From Candidatus Sumerlaeaceae bacterium (GTDB lineage: Bacteria > Sumerlaeota > Sumerlaeia > Sumerlaeales > Sumerlaeaceae): 64,000 bases of DNA. The stretch's first letter is position 1. Each line of letters opens with the position of its first letter. This document shows, in pieces, positions 28,189 through 37,202 of this stretch. The notes under the pieces are model-generated. The model was not told the origin of the DNA and made no database searches. It saw nothing but the letters and a program-made list of their open reading frames with translations. Location: assembly GCA_051003195.1 (NCBI GenBank), contig JBPCLP010000024.1, positions 92,704 to 156,703 on the forward strand, given 5' to 3'. The translations under genes and the position numbers were made by a program.

Positions 28189-28999
28189 ATTCTTACTCCT
28201 ATGCTGAATAGCAAAAATAACCCAAGTTCCTCAAATATATTTATGCCGCATTGAAAGAAATCTCAACGCTAATTTATATTTCAAGTACATGCTATTATAA
28301 CTAAAGACTTTATACAAAAGCAGCATTGTAAATAATTTTGCGTTGCGCAGTCTTATGCGATTGTTACAGCTTGGTGGCCCAAACCTACGAATTTGACAGT
28401 AAGGCTGCCTTGTTGCGGTATGCTGAAGGAAAGCCTCACAAGTGCAGCCGAAGCCAAAACCGCGTATGGGGGGCTAACCGTGGAACCGTTGGCGCTAATA
28501 TGGGTCTATTTTCCACGAGCAGTGATTCGCTGGGCGTGCATAGAGATCGGGAAGTTACGGGACCGTGGACGACCGTCCACTCGGCGACGCTCGACGATCA
28601 AACTTATTCCCTGTAGGCTCTGCTCAGGACGTCGAGCAAGTGCCGCCATCGGGAGTTGCCGGCACGCACCAGCGCACGTTCGTCCAAAAATCTCTTTCGA
28701 CTTTATTGGACTTAGCCCACAATAAGCCGACGCCCGGGAAGTGACACGCCCTCGCAACCTGGTGTATACCTGCCCCCGTAGTAAGCACAACACGTTCTTT
28801 GAAAACTATGCAGCCCGTACGCCGTGACAGTGGGCAGACGGATTTCTGCGCCCTTATTTTTATCCACGAATCTCACGAATTAGCTGCCATGGGCGGCTTT
28901 TTCCGCCAGGTGCAAAGACGCAAAAATGCCACGCGCGATCAGCGCAAGGAAGCCGGGAATCCACGGCCTCCGCGAATTCTTACGCGAGGATGACCGTTT

Positions 29000-29110
29000 T
29001 TCAAGTGGCGAAATTACCCAACTTGAAAACTTGAAATACATGTCCAACTCTTTCAAGCTTCCACACCCCAAACTTGAATACCAACTTGAAAAACTTGAAA
29101 ACTTGAAAGC
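29000..29110 (+). repeat. ACTTGAA/TTCAAG heptamer array
   Basis: ACTTGAA at 29021, 29029, 29072, 29084, 29093 and 29101; inverted TTCAAG at 29000 and 29052. Confidence 0.8.
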
Positions 29111-29178
29111 GCTCGTGCTTGACGCAGCACTCTCGCAGCCAGCGATGATAGGCAAAACACTCCCTATAGAAGCAGAGT

Positions 29179-30309
29179 ATGGCCGCCCGAAAAAGCTACG
29201 CGTATAATTCTAAAATCCCGTTTTATGTAATCGAATTTCTCGGGTTTGCACTCTCATCGTACCTGTTTATGGTATCCGCGAATCTCATCGGGGATAAGCT
29301 TCCATGCGCGCGCAGTAAGTGGATCGCCTGTGAGTCTGCCGTGAAAGGCCCATTCTCCCACTTTGGCCCATTCTCGGTCGCGGCCCTGGGCGTAATCTAC
29401 TACATCATCCATTTGGCACTCACCTCCGGTCTTCGCGATCGCGCTGCTCAAATCCTGAAGGTACTGCTCGTAATCGGCGGTCTCCTGTTCGTCGCATGGC
29501 TGAGGAGTTTGGAAATCGTGTGGCTGAAAAAGCTCTGCCCCTGGTGCTGGGGAGTTGCCGCGCTTACGCTCATTCATGCAGGCATCAGCTACCGACTTGC
29601 AGCTCCGCCCCTCCCGCGCCTGCGACCACCCGCTGTGGCTGGGCTGATCATCGGGGGTTTTCTACTGTTGGTCGGTCTTGTCACGATGCTGGAACTTGGC
29701 GTTAAAACGGGGCAGTTAATGCTCAACCAGGCACGCAGTACGAAAGCCGCAGCGCCAGCTCACGAAACCAATGAAGAGACAGTGGAAAAGCCTCCCCACA
29801 AATCAACAGCACCAAAAACACCCGCTGTCACGTCCCCAACCCCTGCACCCACGCCGGTAACTCCACAGCAAAGCCCCACCCCAACACCCAGACCGACGGT
29901 CGCTCTGCCGGCGGAACCGGAGCTTGTCGACACACCGGACGTCGCTGTACTCCGAAATCGTGGATGGCGGCATGCCGCAAGTGGCGAAGACGTGGTAAAA
30001 TACGTGAAGCTCAAGCCCCCGGTCCTCATGATTGCGTATGACCCCTACTGCGAACAATGCCACGAGCTGATCACCACCGTGCTCGATACTACCGAAATTA
30101 CAAAACTTCCCGTCACGCGAGTCGCCATTCAGGAGTCCATGCTCAGTGGCCAGGTCAACGGAATGGTTAAAGAGATGCCAACGCTCCTCTTGTTTGGTTC
30201 CAGCGGCGAAGTTCTATGGACCCACGTCGGTAAGATCAGCATCAAGGATCTGGTGGAGGCAATACGCAGCGCACTTGCTGCTGCCGCCACCACCACGGCG
30301 GCGCCCTGA
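29179..30309 (+). CDS. VKOR-thioredoxin fusion (disulfide bond formation)
   Basis: Loop Cys pair 'CARSKWIAC', TM 'CPWC', Pro/Thr linker, Trx 'CEQC' and 'MPTL'. Confidence 0.85.
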   Translation: MAARKSYAYNSKIPFYVIEFLGFALSSYLFMVSANLIGDKLPCARSKWIACESAVKGPFSHFGPFSVAALGVIYYIIHLALTSGLRDRAAQILKVLLVIGGLLFVAWLRSLEIVWLKKLCPWCWGVAALTLIHAGISYRLAAPPLPRLRPPAVAGLIIGGFLLLVGLVTMLELGVKTGQLMLNQARSTKAAAPAHETNEETVEKPPHKSTAPKTPAVTSPTPAPTPVTPQQSPTPTPRPTVALPAEPELVDTPDVAVLRNRGWRHAASGEDVVKYVKLKPPVLMIAYDPYCEQCHELITTVLDTTEITKLPVTRVAIQESMLSGQVNGMVKEMPTLLLFGSSGEVLWTHVGKISIKDLVEAIRSALAAAATTTAAP

Positions 30310-30311
30310 CC

Positions 30312-30617
30312 GTGGCGCCTCCTTATGATCCATCCCGGGTCGAAGATGCCGTCCGGAAATTCAACGAGGCCGGCCTCACGCCCGCGGAAGCGCTGCTCGC
30401 CGCTGCACGCGTGCTCCAGGAAAGCCTCAAAGCTTTTCAGCAACACGCTCCCCGATTTCGCGCGGAAATTGGCGAACCCGCCACCCACGATTTCGCGCGC
30501 CAGGAATTCAACGACCTCATCTACGAACTTCAGGACACCATCCCTTCTGCGATACGAACTTATAATTCGCTGCTTCGGGATCCTGATCAGAAACACGATC
30601 CCATTCCTGGCGAGTAA
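30312..30617 (+). CDS. Hypothetical protein
   Basis: 101-aa helical ORF starting 2 nt after the VKOR stop. Confidence 0.55.
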   Translation: MAPPYDPSRVEDAVRKFNEAGLTPAEALLAAARVLQESLKAFQQHAPRFRAEIGEPATHDFARQEFNDLIYELQDTIPSAIRTYNSLLRDPDQKHDPIPGE

Positions 30618-30709
30618 GCCTGGAGGAAGCACAATCGTTTGCTTGCATTCAGGGCACCACATCTTCTGCCTGCCAGGCCGACGAGAACACACTCAAGCAG
30701 GAGCATGGA

Positions 30710-32167
30710 ATGATCCACCACCGTCGCACATTGCTGGTAGCAACTGGCATGTTGTTCGGCCTTGCAGTTCCAGGCATATCACTCGCTCAACCGCAGCCAG
30801 CTGTGGAACAGGTCTTTCAACTGCCGCTGTGCGGAACGATGCCCGTTCCCACGCAGATGCATGGCAGCGCCGTGCTTGGGGACCGTTTCTACATTTTTGG
30901 TGGTGATACGCCCCAGGGCTGGACCAACGAAGTTTACTCGGCGCGCTATTCCCCTGAAAAGGCACAGCTCACCGGCTGGCGACGCGAAAAAGAACTCCCG
31001 GAACGCCGCGCCTATCTCGTCAACTCTGTCGAAACGGTCAATGATCGAATTTACATTCTCGGGGGAGCGGTGGCGGAAACTTCTGCGACTGAGGAAGGAA
31101 AAATCACGCGTGCACAGGACGTGCTCTGGACAAGTGTCAAGCCCGACGGGGTCATTGCCGAATGGAAGCGCAGCGAAAAATTTCCCGGGCAGGCGCTCTC
31201 ACTGCTCGCGTCATGTTCCGATGATAAGCACATCTATGTAACCGGTGGCTCGAGCGGCAGCACCATGTCCAACGCAGTGCACGTCGCCGACCTGGCGGCC
31301 GACGGCGCTCCGGCAAACTGGCGTTCCGCCGGCATTCTTCCCAAGGCAATGCGCTTCCACGGAGCCGCCATCCAGAACGCCCGACTATACACCTGGGGCG
31401 GGCAGGCAACACGAGCCGCTGGAGACGCTATGAAGGATGTATATAGCGCGCCCATGCAGAACGGTCTCGTCGGCCAATGGCGCAATGAGCCTGAAATGCC
31501 GGCCGCTGTATACTCGTCCAGCTCATGCGGGTTTAACGATTACCTTATATCGGTCGGGGGGCGCTACGTTAATGGCCACCCTACCAACAGCCTCTGGTTT
31601 TCACGCTTGAACCCAGATGGAACTGTCATGCCGTGGATCGCCCTCAAGACAAACCTCGACGCACGTGTCTATCATTCGCTCGGCCTTGATAAGACCCGTG
31701 GAATTGTTTTCATTTCCGGCGGCAAAAACAAAATCACGCCCGAGCCTGGGTCAGGTACGATCCAGGACAAGGTCGCTATTTTTCGGCTCACCCAGTCCGC
31801 CCGCCCAGATGTCCAGCCGCAGAACGTAGCCACTCAGGCGGGAACACATACTGACCTTGATACAGCCATCGCCGCCGCGCGGCAAAACACCAAACCTGTG
31901 CTCGCATTTCTCTATGCCCCTGATGTCCCCGACTGTCGGCGCGCAATGGATAACGTGATTAGTTCGCCGCAATTCCAGGCTCTCCAGCAGAACTACACAA
32001 TTGCCAGGGTCGACGTCTCTGCAAGCAATGGCGCCGAAGCTTCGCGCAAGCTCTCGGTTTTCCGGGTTCCCGCTCTCGTGCTTCTGGATGCCGCTGGCGC
32101 TGTCAAAAAGAAGATCACCGGCGTTCAGAAGTGGTCCGATGTGCAGGAGATGCTGAGCAGTCGCTAA
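30710..32167 (+). CDS. Secreted Kelch beta-propeller plus thioredoxin-like domain
   Basis: Signal peptide; repeated 'YIFGG/YILGG/YVTGG/YTWGG/ISVGG/FISGG...W'; C-terminal 'KPVLAFLYAPDVPDC...VFRVPAL'. Confidence 0.8.
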   Translation: MIHHRRTLLVATGMLFGLAVPGISLAQPQPAVEQVFQLPLCGTMPVPTQMHGSAVLGDRFYIFGGDTPQGWTNEVYSARYSPEKAQLTGWRREKELPERRAYLVNSVETVNDRIYILGGAVAETSATEEGKITRAQDVLWTSVKPDGVIAEWKRSEKFPGQALSLLASCSDDKHIYVTGGSSGSTMSNAVHVADLAADGAPANWRSAGILPKAMRFHGAAIQNARLYTWGGQATRAAGDAMKDVYSAPMQNGLVGQWRNEPEMPAAVYSSSSCGFNDYLISVGGRYVNGHPTNSLWFSRLNPDGTVMPWIALKTNLDARVYHSLGLDKTRGIVFISGGKNKITPEPGSGTIQDKVAIFRLTQSARPDVQPQNVATQAGTHTDLDTAIAAARQNTKPVLAFLYAPDVPDCRRAMDNVISSPQFQALQQNYTIARVDVSASNGAEASRKLSVFRVPALVLLDAAGAVKKKITGVQKWSDVQEMLSSR

Positions 32168-32191
32168 GAGCCCGCCACTGCCATCTCTGCG

Positions 32192-33052
32192 TTAATCCGG
32201 CATCTGCACCGAGCTATCGGACTGCGGAGTCGCAGCGGGCTGTGTTGCCTGGTGTGCCGCTTCAAATAAATTGGGCAACGCACTTGGAACGGTCTCGGAG
32301 CCAGCGCTGGATTGCGTCTGCCCGCCCATCGGCGGAAGGTTGAGAAGATCGCCCGTTGCAATGGTTGAAGACGTTGCCCCTGCAGCTCGTGGTTCTGCGG
32401 CAGGAGCCGCTCCGCTGACGGTTTCAGCCTGTCCCGCTGCGCCAATCTCCTGGAGCGCGCCGGCTGCCGCGGCGCCAAGCGGTGATCCCGTCGACGACAT
32501 TCCGACGTGGCACTCCTGGCACGACATTTTGCCCGCAAACCGTTCCGCTCCACGATGGAACACATCCGCTCTCTTTTTCGCCAGCTCCTGCGGATTGGTT
32601 GGAACGCCCCCCGCCTGCTGCATCGCCACCAGGATAGTCTCATGATTGAACAACCCCTTCTGCGGCAGCCGATGGCTTGGATGACAGACCTCACAGCTGG
32701 TCTGTCCCATTACCTTGTCATGAAAGGCGAGGATCGCACCAAAGCGGGGTCGCGCGTTCCCGAACTCGTCCTTCGTTTGCGCCAGCCGTTCCGGATTCGC
32801 GCCTTTACCCGGCTCAAATGCGGTATGGCACCCCGCCGTCGAACAGTTTTTATCCGTCACATTCGACCATGGGCTCGAATGGCACGTTGCGCAATTGGAA
32901 GTACCGTAGCTGGAATGACTGGAGTACTCAGGGCTGTAGTAATATTTTACCACGTTACCTGGCCGTGTTGACAAAAAGATAATCAGTCCGACCACACCAA
33001 ACGTCACCACGTAGTTTGCTACCAGCGTGTTTCTCGTCGGGCGAAAATCCAT
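32192..33052 (-). CDS. Membrane-anchored tetraheme c-type cytochrome
   Basis: N-terminal TM; CATCH, CSTAGCH (CX4CH), CEVCH, CQECH; low-complexity tail; TGATG overlap with the upstream kinase. Confidence 0.82.
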   Translation of the reverse strand: MDFRPTRNTLVANYVVTFGVVGLIIFLSTRPGNVVKYYYSPEYSSHSSYGTSNCATCHSSPWSNVTDKNCSTAGCHTAFEPGKGANPERLAQTKDEFGNARPRFGAILAFHDKVMGQTSCEVCHPSHRLPQKGLFNHETILVAMQQAGGVPTNPQELAKKRADVFHRGAERFAGKMSCQECHVGMSSTGSPLGAAAAGALQEIGAAGQAETVSGAAPAAEPRAAGATSSTIATGDLLNLPPMGGQTQSSAGSETVPSALPNLFEAAHQATQPAATPQSDSSVQMPD

Positions 33053-35205
33053 CAGTTCGCCTTTCCGCCGAAATACAGGATTGAGACGATGTGCACCGCG
33101 GTAACCACCACCAGCGCGAAGGCCAGCGGGTAATGGAATATGCGCCAGTTGCGCAGCGCTCTCTGCGCAAATATTGCCAGCGTGACCTCGTGGTTTTCTT
33201 CCAACCGCGCCTGCCCCTTTTCAATCCGTTCAGCCGCCACTTGTTTCGCAATGTCGCGCCAGATGTAGCGACCCACCAGCCCGCTGATAATCACCACGGT
33301 GAACAAAACACTGTTCAGGAAAGGCACGATAGGCACCAGGTGGTAGCTCGGCAGCGGCTGGCCTGGGATCGGCTCCTGCTGCGCCCCCGTAAAAAACGCG
33401 AAGAAATTCCCACTGTGCACAATCGAAAGGAAAAATCCGACCAGCGCCATTACAATGTGGGTCTGCAGCCACACACGAACGTTTCCCATCTTCGGCAGCC
33501 ACTTCTTGCGGATGCCCGCGATCATCATGATCGCAACAAACGCGAGGAACATCAGCGTCGCGCCAATGTTGCCCGACCAGTCCAGCCAGCTCTCTTTTCC
33601 GAGGCGCTTCAGCGTCACGCCAATCGCAATGGCTGTCACGGTGTAGGTCACACCCACCATCGCGAACAGCGCCAGGTTGCTCCATAAGTTGCGAACGCTG
33701 CGTTCGCCAATGTTCATCAGGCCTTCTGCAAGAAAGCTCGACCGGCTCTCGATAAACCCATGCCGGATTTCCAGGTCCTCCAGTTCACGGAACAGCGTCT
33801 GGAAATCCGGATAACGATCCTCCGGGTTCACGGCCATCATTCGCTGCACAAGAGCCGCCAGGTCGGGCAGCAATTCCGGTGCGGAAGCGCATGGGTCCGG
33901 CCTCGGTTCATCCAGGTGCTTGCGAAGCAGCGTTCTTACATCATTCGCATGGAACGGGGGATGCCCCGTCAGCAGGTAGTAGAACGTTGCACCCAAAGAA
34001 TACTGGTCCGCCCGCGAAGTGATGGCCTTCCCATGGATCTGCTCCGGAGATATGAACAGCGGAGTCCCGACCACCTCGCTGCTCTCCTGCATTTCCACGA
34101 CGTGTTCCGCGAGCCCGAAGTCGACCAGCTTAACAATCCCCTGGCCATCGATCAGAATGTTCCCTGGCTTGATATCCCGATGGATAATCTCTGCGCGAGC
34201 CGCGCGATCCAGTCCGCGAAGGCATTGTTTTACCAGGTTCACCGCCACTTCCATGGGCACCCGTCCCTGCGCCTTCAGCATCTCGCGCAGCGTCTGTCCC
34301 TGCACAGCCTCCATCGTGAAATAGAACACGCCCTCAGATACGCCGACGTCATAAACCTGCACAATGTTCGGGTGCGTGAAAGTAGCCAGCGTGCGTGCTT
34401 CGCGGATGAAACGGTTTACAAAATTTTCGTTCGAGGCCAGTTCCGGTGGCATCACCTTGAGCGCCACGAGCCGGTCCAGCGACAACTGCCGCGCCGAGAA
34501 CACCTGCCCCTGCCCGCCACGCCCCAGTCGCCCCTCGATCACATAGCCGGCGATCTCAGACCCCACGACCTCGTCGGGCTGCACACGCCGCCGGAAAAGC
34601 TCCGCGAAGGACGCCCCTGTTCCAGTACGGCCGCCGCCAGTAATCGAATCGAGTGATCTGCCCAACGAGCTGAGGGAACCCGCACCCACCGATCCTGCAC
34701 TTCCCGCGTTGGGAGTTGCCGAGGCCCTCGACTCAATTCTGCCCGATCCACTTTCCGCTGCCGCCGCACTCTGGGAGGTTTCTTTTGGCTGCTGCCCGCC
34801 GGGCCAGCGCTGACGATCCGTAATTGCCACAAGGTCTTCAGGGGGCGTAGTGCTCATCGTAAGTGCCGCGCTCACCGATTCATGGTGAAGTTCATCCGAT
34901 TCCTCGTCACCTATTGGTTTGGCGGCGGGCGCTGCATTGCCACTCAGCACAGATGCCAGCCGCGAATTCAGCACCACTTGGTCCAGCACCGTCTGCCGCT
35001 GAAAATCCGTAATCACATCGTCGTGAACCAGCAACTCGCCCAGGGTCGCCTCCGGAAATTCTTTCTGCCGCTCAAGCAGCTCCCGAATTTTCTCCGGCGT
35101 CGCAAGACCATGCGTCAGGCACAGCGCGATGAAGTGCAGATCTTGAGTGTGGGTAAGATTCACCGCGCCGCTCCTTCCAGGGAATGGAAAAGACAAACCT
35201 GCCAC
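33052..35205 (-). CDS. Hanks Ser/Thr kinase fused to a C-terminal cytochrome-b-like membrane domain
   Basis: GRGGQG, VALK, HRDIKPGN, DFG, GTPLFISPE; about 5 TMs with two H-X13-H helices; N-terminal 'LGELLV' MshEN-like segment. Confidence 0.85.
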   Translation of the reverse strand: MAGLSFPFPGRSGAVNLTHTQDLHFIALCLTHGLATPEKIRELLERQKEFPEATLGELLVHDDVITDFQRQTVLDQVVLNSRLASVLSGNAAPAAKPIGDEESDELHHESVSAALTMSTTPPEDLVAITDRQRWPGGQQPKETSQSAAAAESGSGRIESRASATPNAGSAGSVGAGSLSSLGRSLDSITGGGRTGTGASFAELFRRRVQPDEVVGSEIAGYVIEGRLGRGGQGQVFSARQLSLDRLVALKVMPPELASNENFVNRFIREARTLATFTHPNIVQVYDVGVSEGVFYFTMEAVQGQTLREMLKAQGRVPMEVAVNLVKQCLRGLDRAARAEIIHRDIKPGNILIDGQGIVKLVDFGLAEHVVEMQESSEVVGTPLFISPEQIHGKAITSRADQYSLGATFYYLLTGHPPFHANDVRTLLRKHLDEPRPDPCASAPELLPDLAALVQRMMAVNPEDRYPDFQTLFRELEDLEIRHGFIESRSSFLAEGLMNIGERSVRNLWSNLALFAMVGVTYTVTAIAIGVTLKRLGKESWLDWSGNIGATLMFLAFVAIMMIAGIRKKWLPKMGNVRVWLQTHIVMALVGFFLSIVHSGNFFAFFTGAQQEPIPGQPLPSYHLVPIVPFLNSVLFTVVIISGLVGRYIWRDIAKQVAAERIEKGQARLEENHEVTLAIFAQRALRNWRIFHYPLAFALVVVTAVHIVSILYFGGKAN

Positions 35206-35266
35206 AGTGTAAGCCCAGCACCAGCATTGCGGGTCAATCGGATTTAGCCCGTTCAGAGGTCAGGCT

Positions 35267-35638
35267 TCAGCTTGTACAGACCCAGCAGCAGGATTTCGAC
35301 AAACTTTCGGAGTACAGGGCTTGGGGCTGTTGAAAAAGCGACACGGGAGGGTGTCGAACATGAATAGCCGCAGGTGCAAACTGCGGATCTTGAGCGGAAT
35401 ATCCCGACGATCCTGGAAGCGGTCGAACAAAGATGCTGGGTTTTTCAACAGCCCTGTCTACGGCGGAAACATTCCCCCGCTCGCGTACCGCACAATATTG
35501 CCCGAGGCCGAACTCCAGCGTACGCAACACCGCCTTACCGGCGGAAACTTTTGCACGCGTTTGCGCCTCCAGAAAATCGGGCACTGCAATCGCCGCGAGC
35601 ACCGCGGCCACCACGATGTAAAGGAAAGCCCGCCTCAC
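35267..35638 (-). pseudogene. Degenerate GspG/prepilin-like gene
   Basis: 'RRAFLYIVVAAVLAAIAVPDFLEAQTRAKVS...LRTL...Y' lacks the intact FTLIE methylation motif; the C-terminal part looks scrambled. Confidence 0.5.
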
Positions 35639-35699
35639 ACCTGTTCTGCACCGCACATCTAGACCACACTGGTTAGTCGCTTCTCGGATCACTTTCCTA

Positions 35700-35730
35700 T
35701 TGACATACATCAACAAAATGTTGATATAGC
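35700..35730 (+). promoter_or_regulatory. lexA promoter with overlapping palindromic operator
   Basis: TTGACA at 35700-35705; ATCAACA-aaa-TGTTGAT at 35709-35725; TGnTATAGC at 35722-35730; ATG 6 nt later. Confidence 0.7.
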
Positions 35731-35736
35731 ACACGT

Positions 35737-36339
35737 ATGCATGAACTAACCCCTAAACAAAGGGCTGTGGTCGCCTTCCTCGCCAAGACTGAACGCCAGG
35801 GTACCGCAGCCCCGACCTACCGCGAGATCGGAGCCGCCCTGCGCGTCGACGTCCGTGCCGCATACCAGCACATCCAGGCATTGGAGAAGAAAGGCGTCAT
35901 CCATCGCACAGGCGGACACCGCGGTATCGAGCTCGCACCCGAATATGCGCCCCCGCGCGGCGTGCCACTCATTGGCCGTGTTGCAGCAGGGCTACCCGTC
36001 CTCGCTGAGCAGAACATTGACGACTACGTCGACCTGCGGACCATCACCGCCGATGAAGACTCGTTCCTTCTCAAGGTGCGTGGCGATAGTATGATCGACA
36101 AAAGCATTTTTGACGGCGACTTTGTCCTCGTCCAGCCGCGCCACCGCCTTACTTCGGGCGAAATCGGTGTCGTCGCCATCGGGGGAGAAGCGACCGTCAA
36201 AGAGGTCCACCAGACCTCTGATGGCGTCGTCCTGGTTTCGTACAATGCAGCGCAACGATATCCCGACCAGGTGTACCGATGGCGGGATGACATCCGGATT
36301 GTTGGGAAGGTAATCATGACATTCAGGTTCGTACGATGA
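35737..36339 (+). CDS. lexA: LexA repressor
   Basis: 'LTPKQ...PTYREIG' wHTH, 'GRVAAG' cleavage site, 'VRGDSM' Ser and 'EATVK' Lys. Confidence 0.92.
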   Translation: MHELTPKQRAVVAFLAKTERQGTAAPTYREIGAALRVDVRAAYQHIQALEKKGVIHRTGGHRGIELAPEYAPPRGVPLIGRVAAGLPVLAEQNIDDYVDLRTITADEDSFLLKVRGDSMIDKSIFDGDFVLVQPRHRLTSGEIGVVAIGGEATVKEVHQTSDGVVLVSYNAAQRYPDQVYRWRDDIRIVGKVIMTFRFVR

Positions 36340-37202
36340 GTCTGGGAATGCAGATAGCCACCGAGCCTCACCCGCATCCCTCAGGCAGAATTCGTGGACG
36401 CGCTCGGCGGACGCTTACGCCTCTCGCAAGCTTTGCTGCCGCCCAGCTTGCCAATTACGATGGACCCGGGCAGGTAGCCATACTTGAAGCACCACTTGCA
36501 CGACATGGGGGAGCAGTCAGTCGCATGCGGGATTATGGTACGACTCAGCACTTTATTGATCTTCGGGCCGCCGCGGCACACGACGACCGCGAACGCCGTC
36601 TCAAGCATCTTCTCAATGAGTTGCATGGTGCCCTCAATGCGGGCCGGACCGTCGAACTCACATGGCCACTCGACCGCGATGCAGCCGCGGCGACGTCCTT
36701 CCTCGGTGCCCCGCTCGCCCTGATGGTAGCCGGCTGCGTCCATAGCACCGATGGCGCTCTGGTCATTCATACCCGCTCGGGAGCACCCGGCGATTTTCTC
36801 ACCTCTCCGCCAACCGACCGAATCTCGTTTGTGTTTCACCTGAATTGCGAAGAGGCGGCAATGCGCTGGGAGCGAGCCGACGCGGAGCCCGGCAAACGCC
36901 TCGCCGCGGCCGCCCGACTGCGTGCTGCCGGCTGGACTGTCTGGGCCTGCGTTGGCCCCGTTCGGCTTTTCTCCGGCTGGCGTGATGAGTACGGCGATCT
37001 CGCGGGACGCGCTGCCGCAGCCGGAGTCCAGCGTCTGCTCGTCAGCTTCCCGGGAGAAGATGCCCTCGAACTCGGCGACCCCGACGATACCGAATGCCTC
37101 GACGTCGTCGAAGCACTCGATGGCTTAGCCTTCACCGTCTCCGAAAAACACCGCCGTGACATCTACACATTCCTTCAAGGCTGCATGCATACCGCCTCCT
37201 GA
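36336..37202 (+). CDS. Spore photoproduct lyase-like protein lacking the radical-SAM Cys motif
   Basis: 'IHTRS...SFVFHLN...WE...KRLAAAARLRAAGW..GPV...GWRDEY' resembles the SplB C-half; no CX3CX2C; ATGA overlap with lexA. Confidence 0.55.
   Translation: MSLGMQIATEPHPHPSGRIRGRARRTLTPLASFAAAQLANYDGPGQVAILEAPLARHGGAVSRMRDYGTTQHFIDLRAAAAHDDRERRLKHLLNELHGALNAGRTVELTWPLDRDAAAATSFLGAPLALMVAGCVHSTDGALVIHTRSGAPGDFLTSPPTDRISFVFHLNCEEAAMRWERADAEPGKRLAAAARLRAAGWTVWACVGPVRLFSGWRDEYGDLAGRAAAAGVQRLLVSFPGEDALELGDPDDTECLDVVEALDGLAFTVSEKHRRDIYTFLQGCMHTAS

Noticed and set aside
26980..28250. IS1595-like terminal repeats (GCATTTTGTATTTG / CAAATATATTTATGC)
   Set aside because: Weak similarity in AT-rich DNA, no target duplication and no transposase.
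28771..28800. tRNA-like start GCCCCCGTAG
   Set aside because: No D-loop, T-loop or acceptor complement follows.
28926..29207. 93-aa ORF with LENLK repeats
   Set aside because: It is simply a translation of the ACTTGAA DNA array; the homologous copy at 21137-21172 does not preserve the frame.
33760..34656. 298-aa + strand ORF
   Set aside because: Antisense shadow of the kinase domain.
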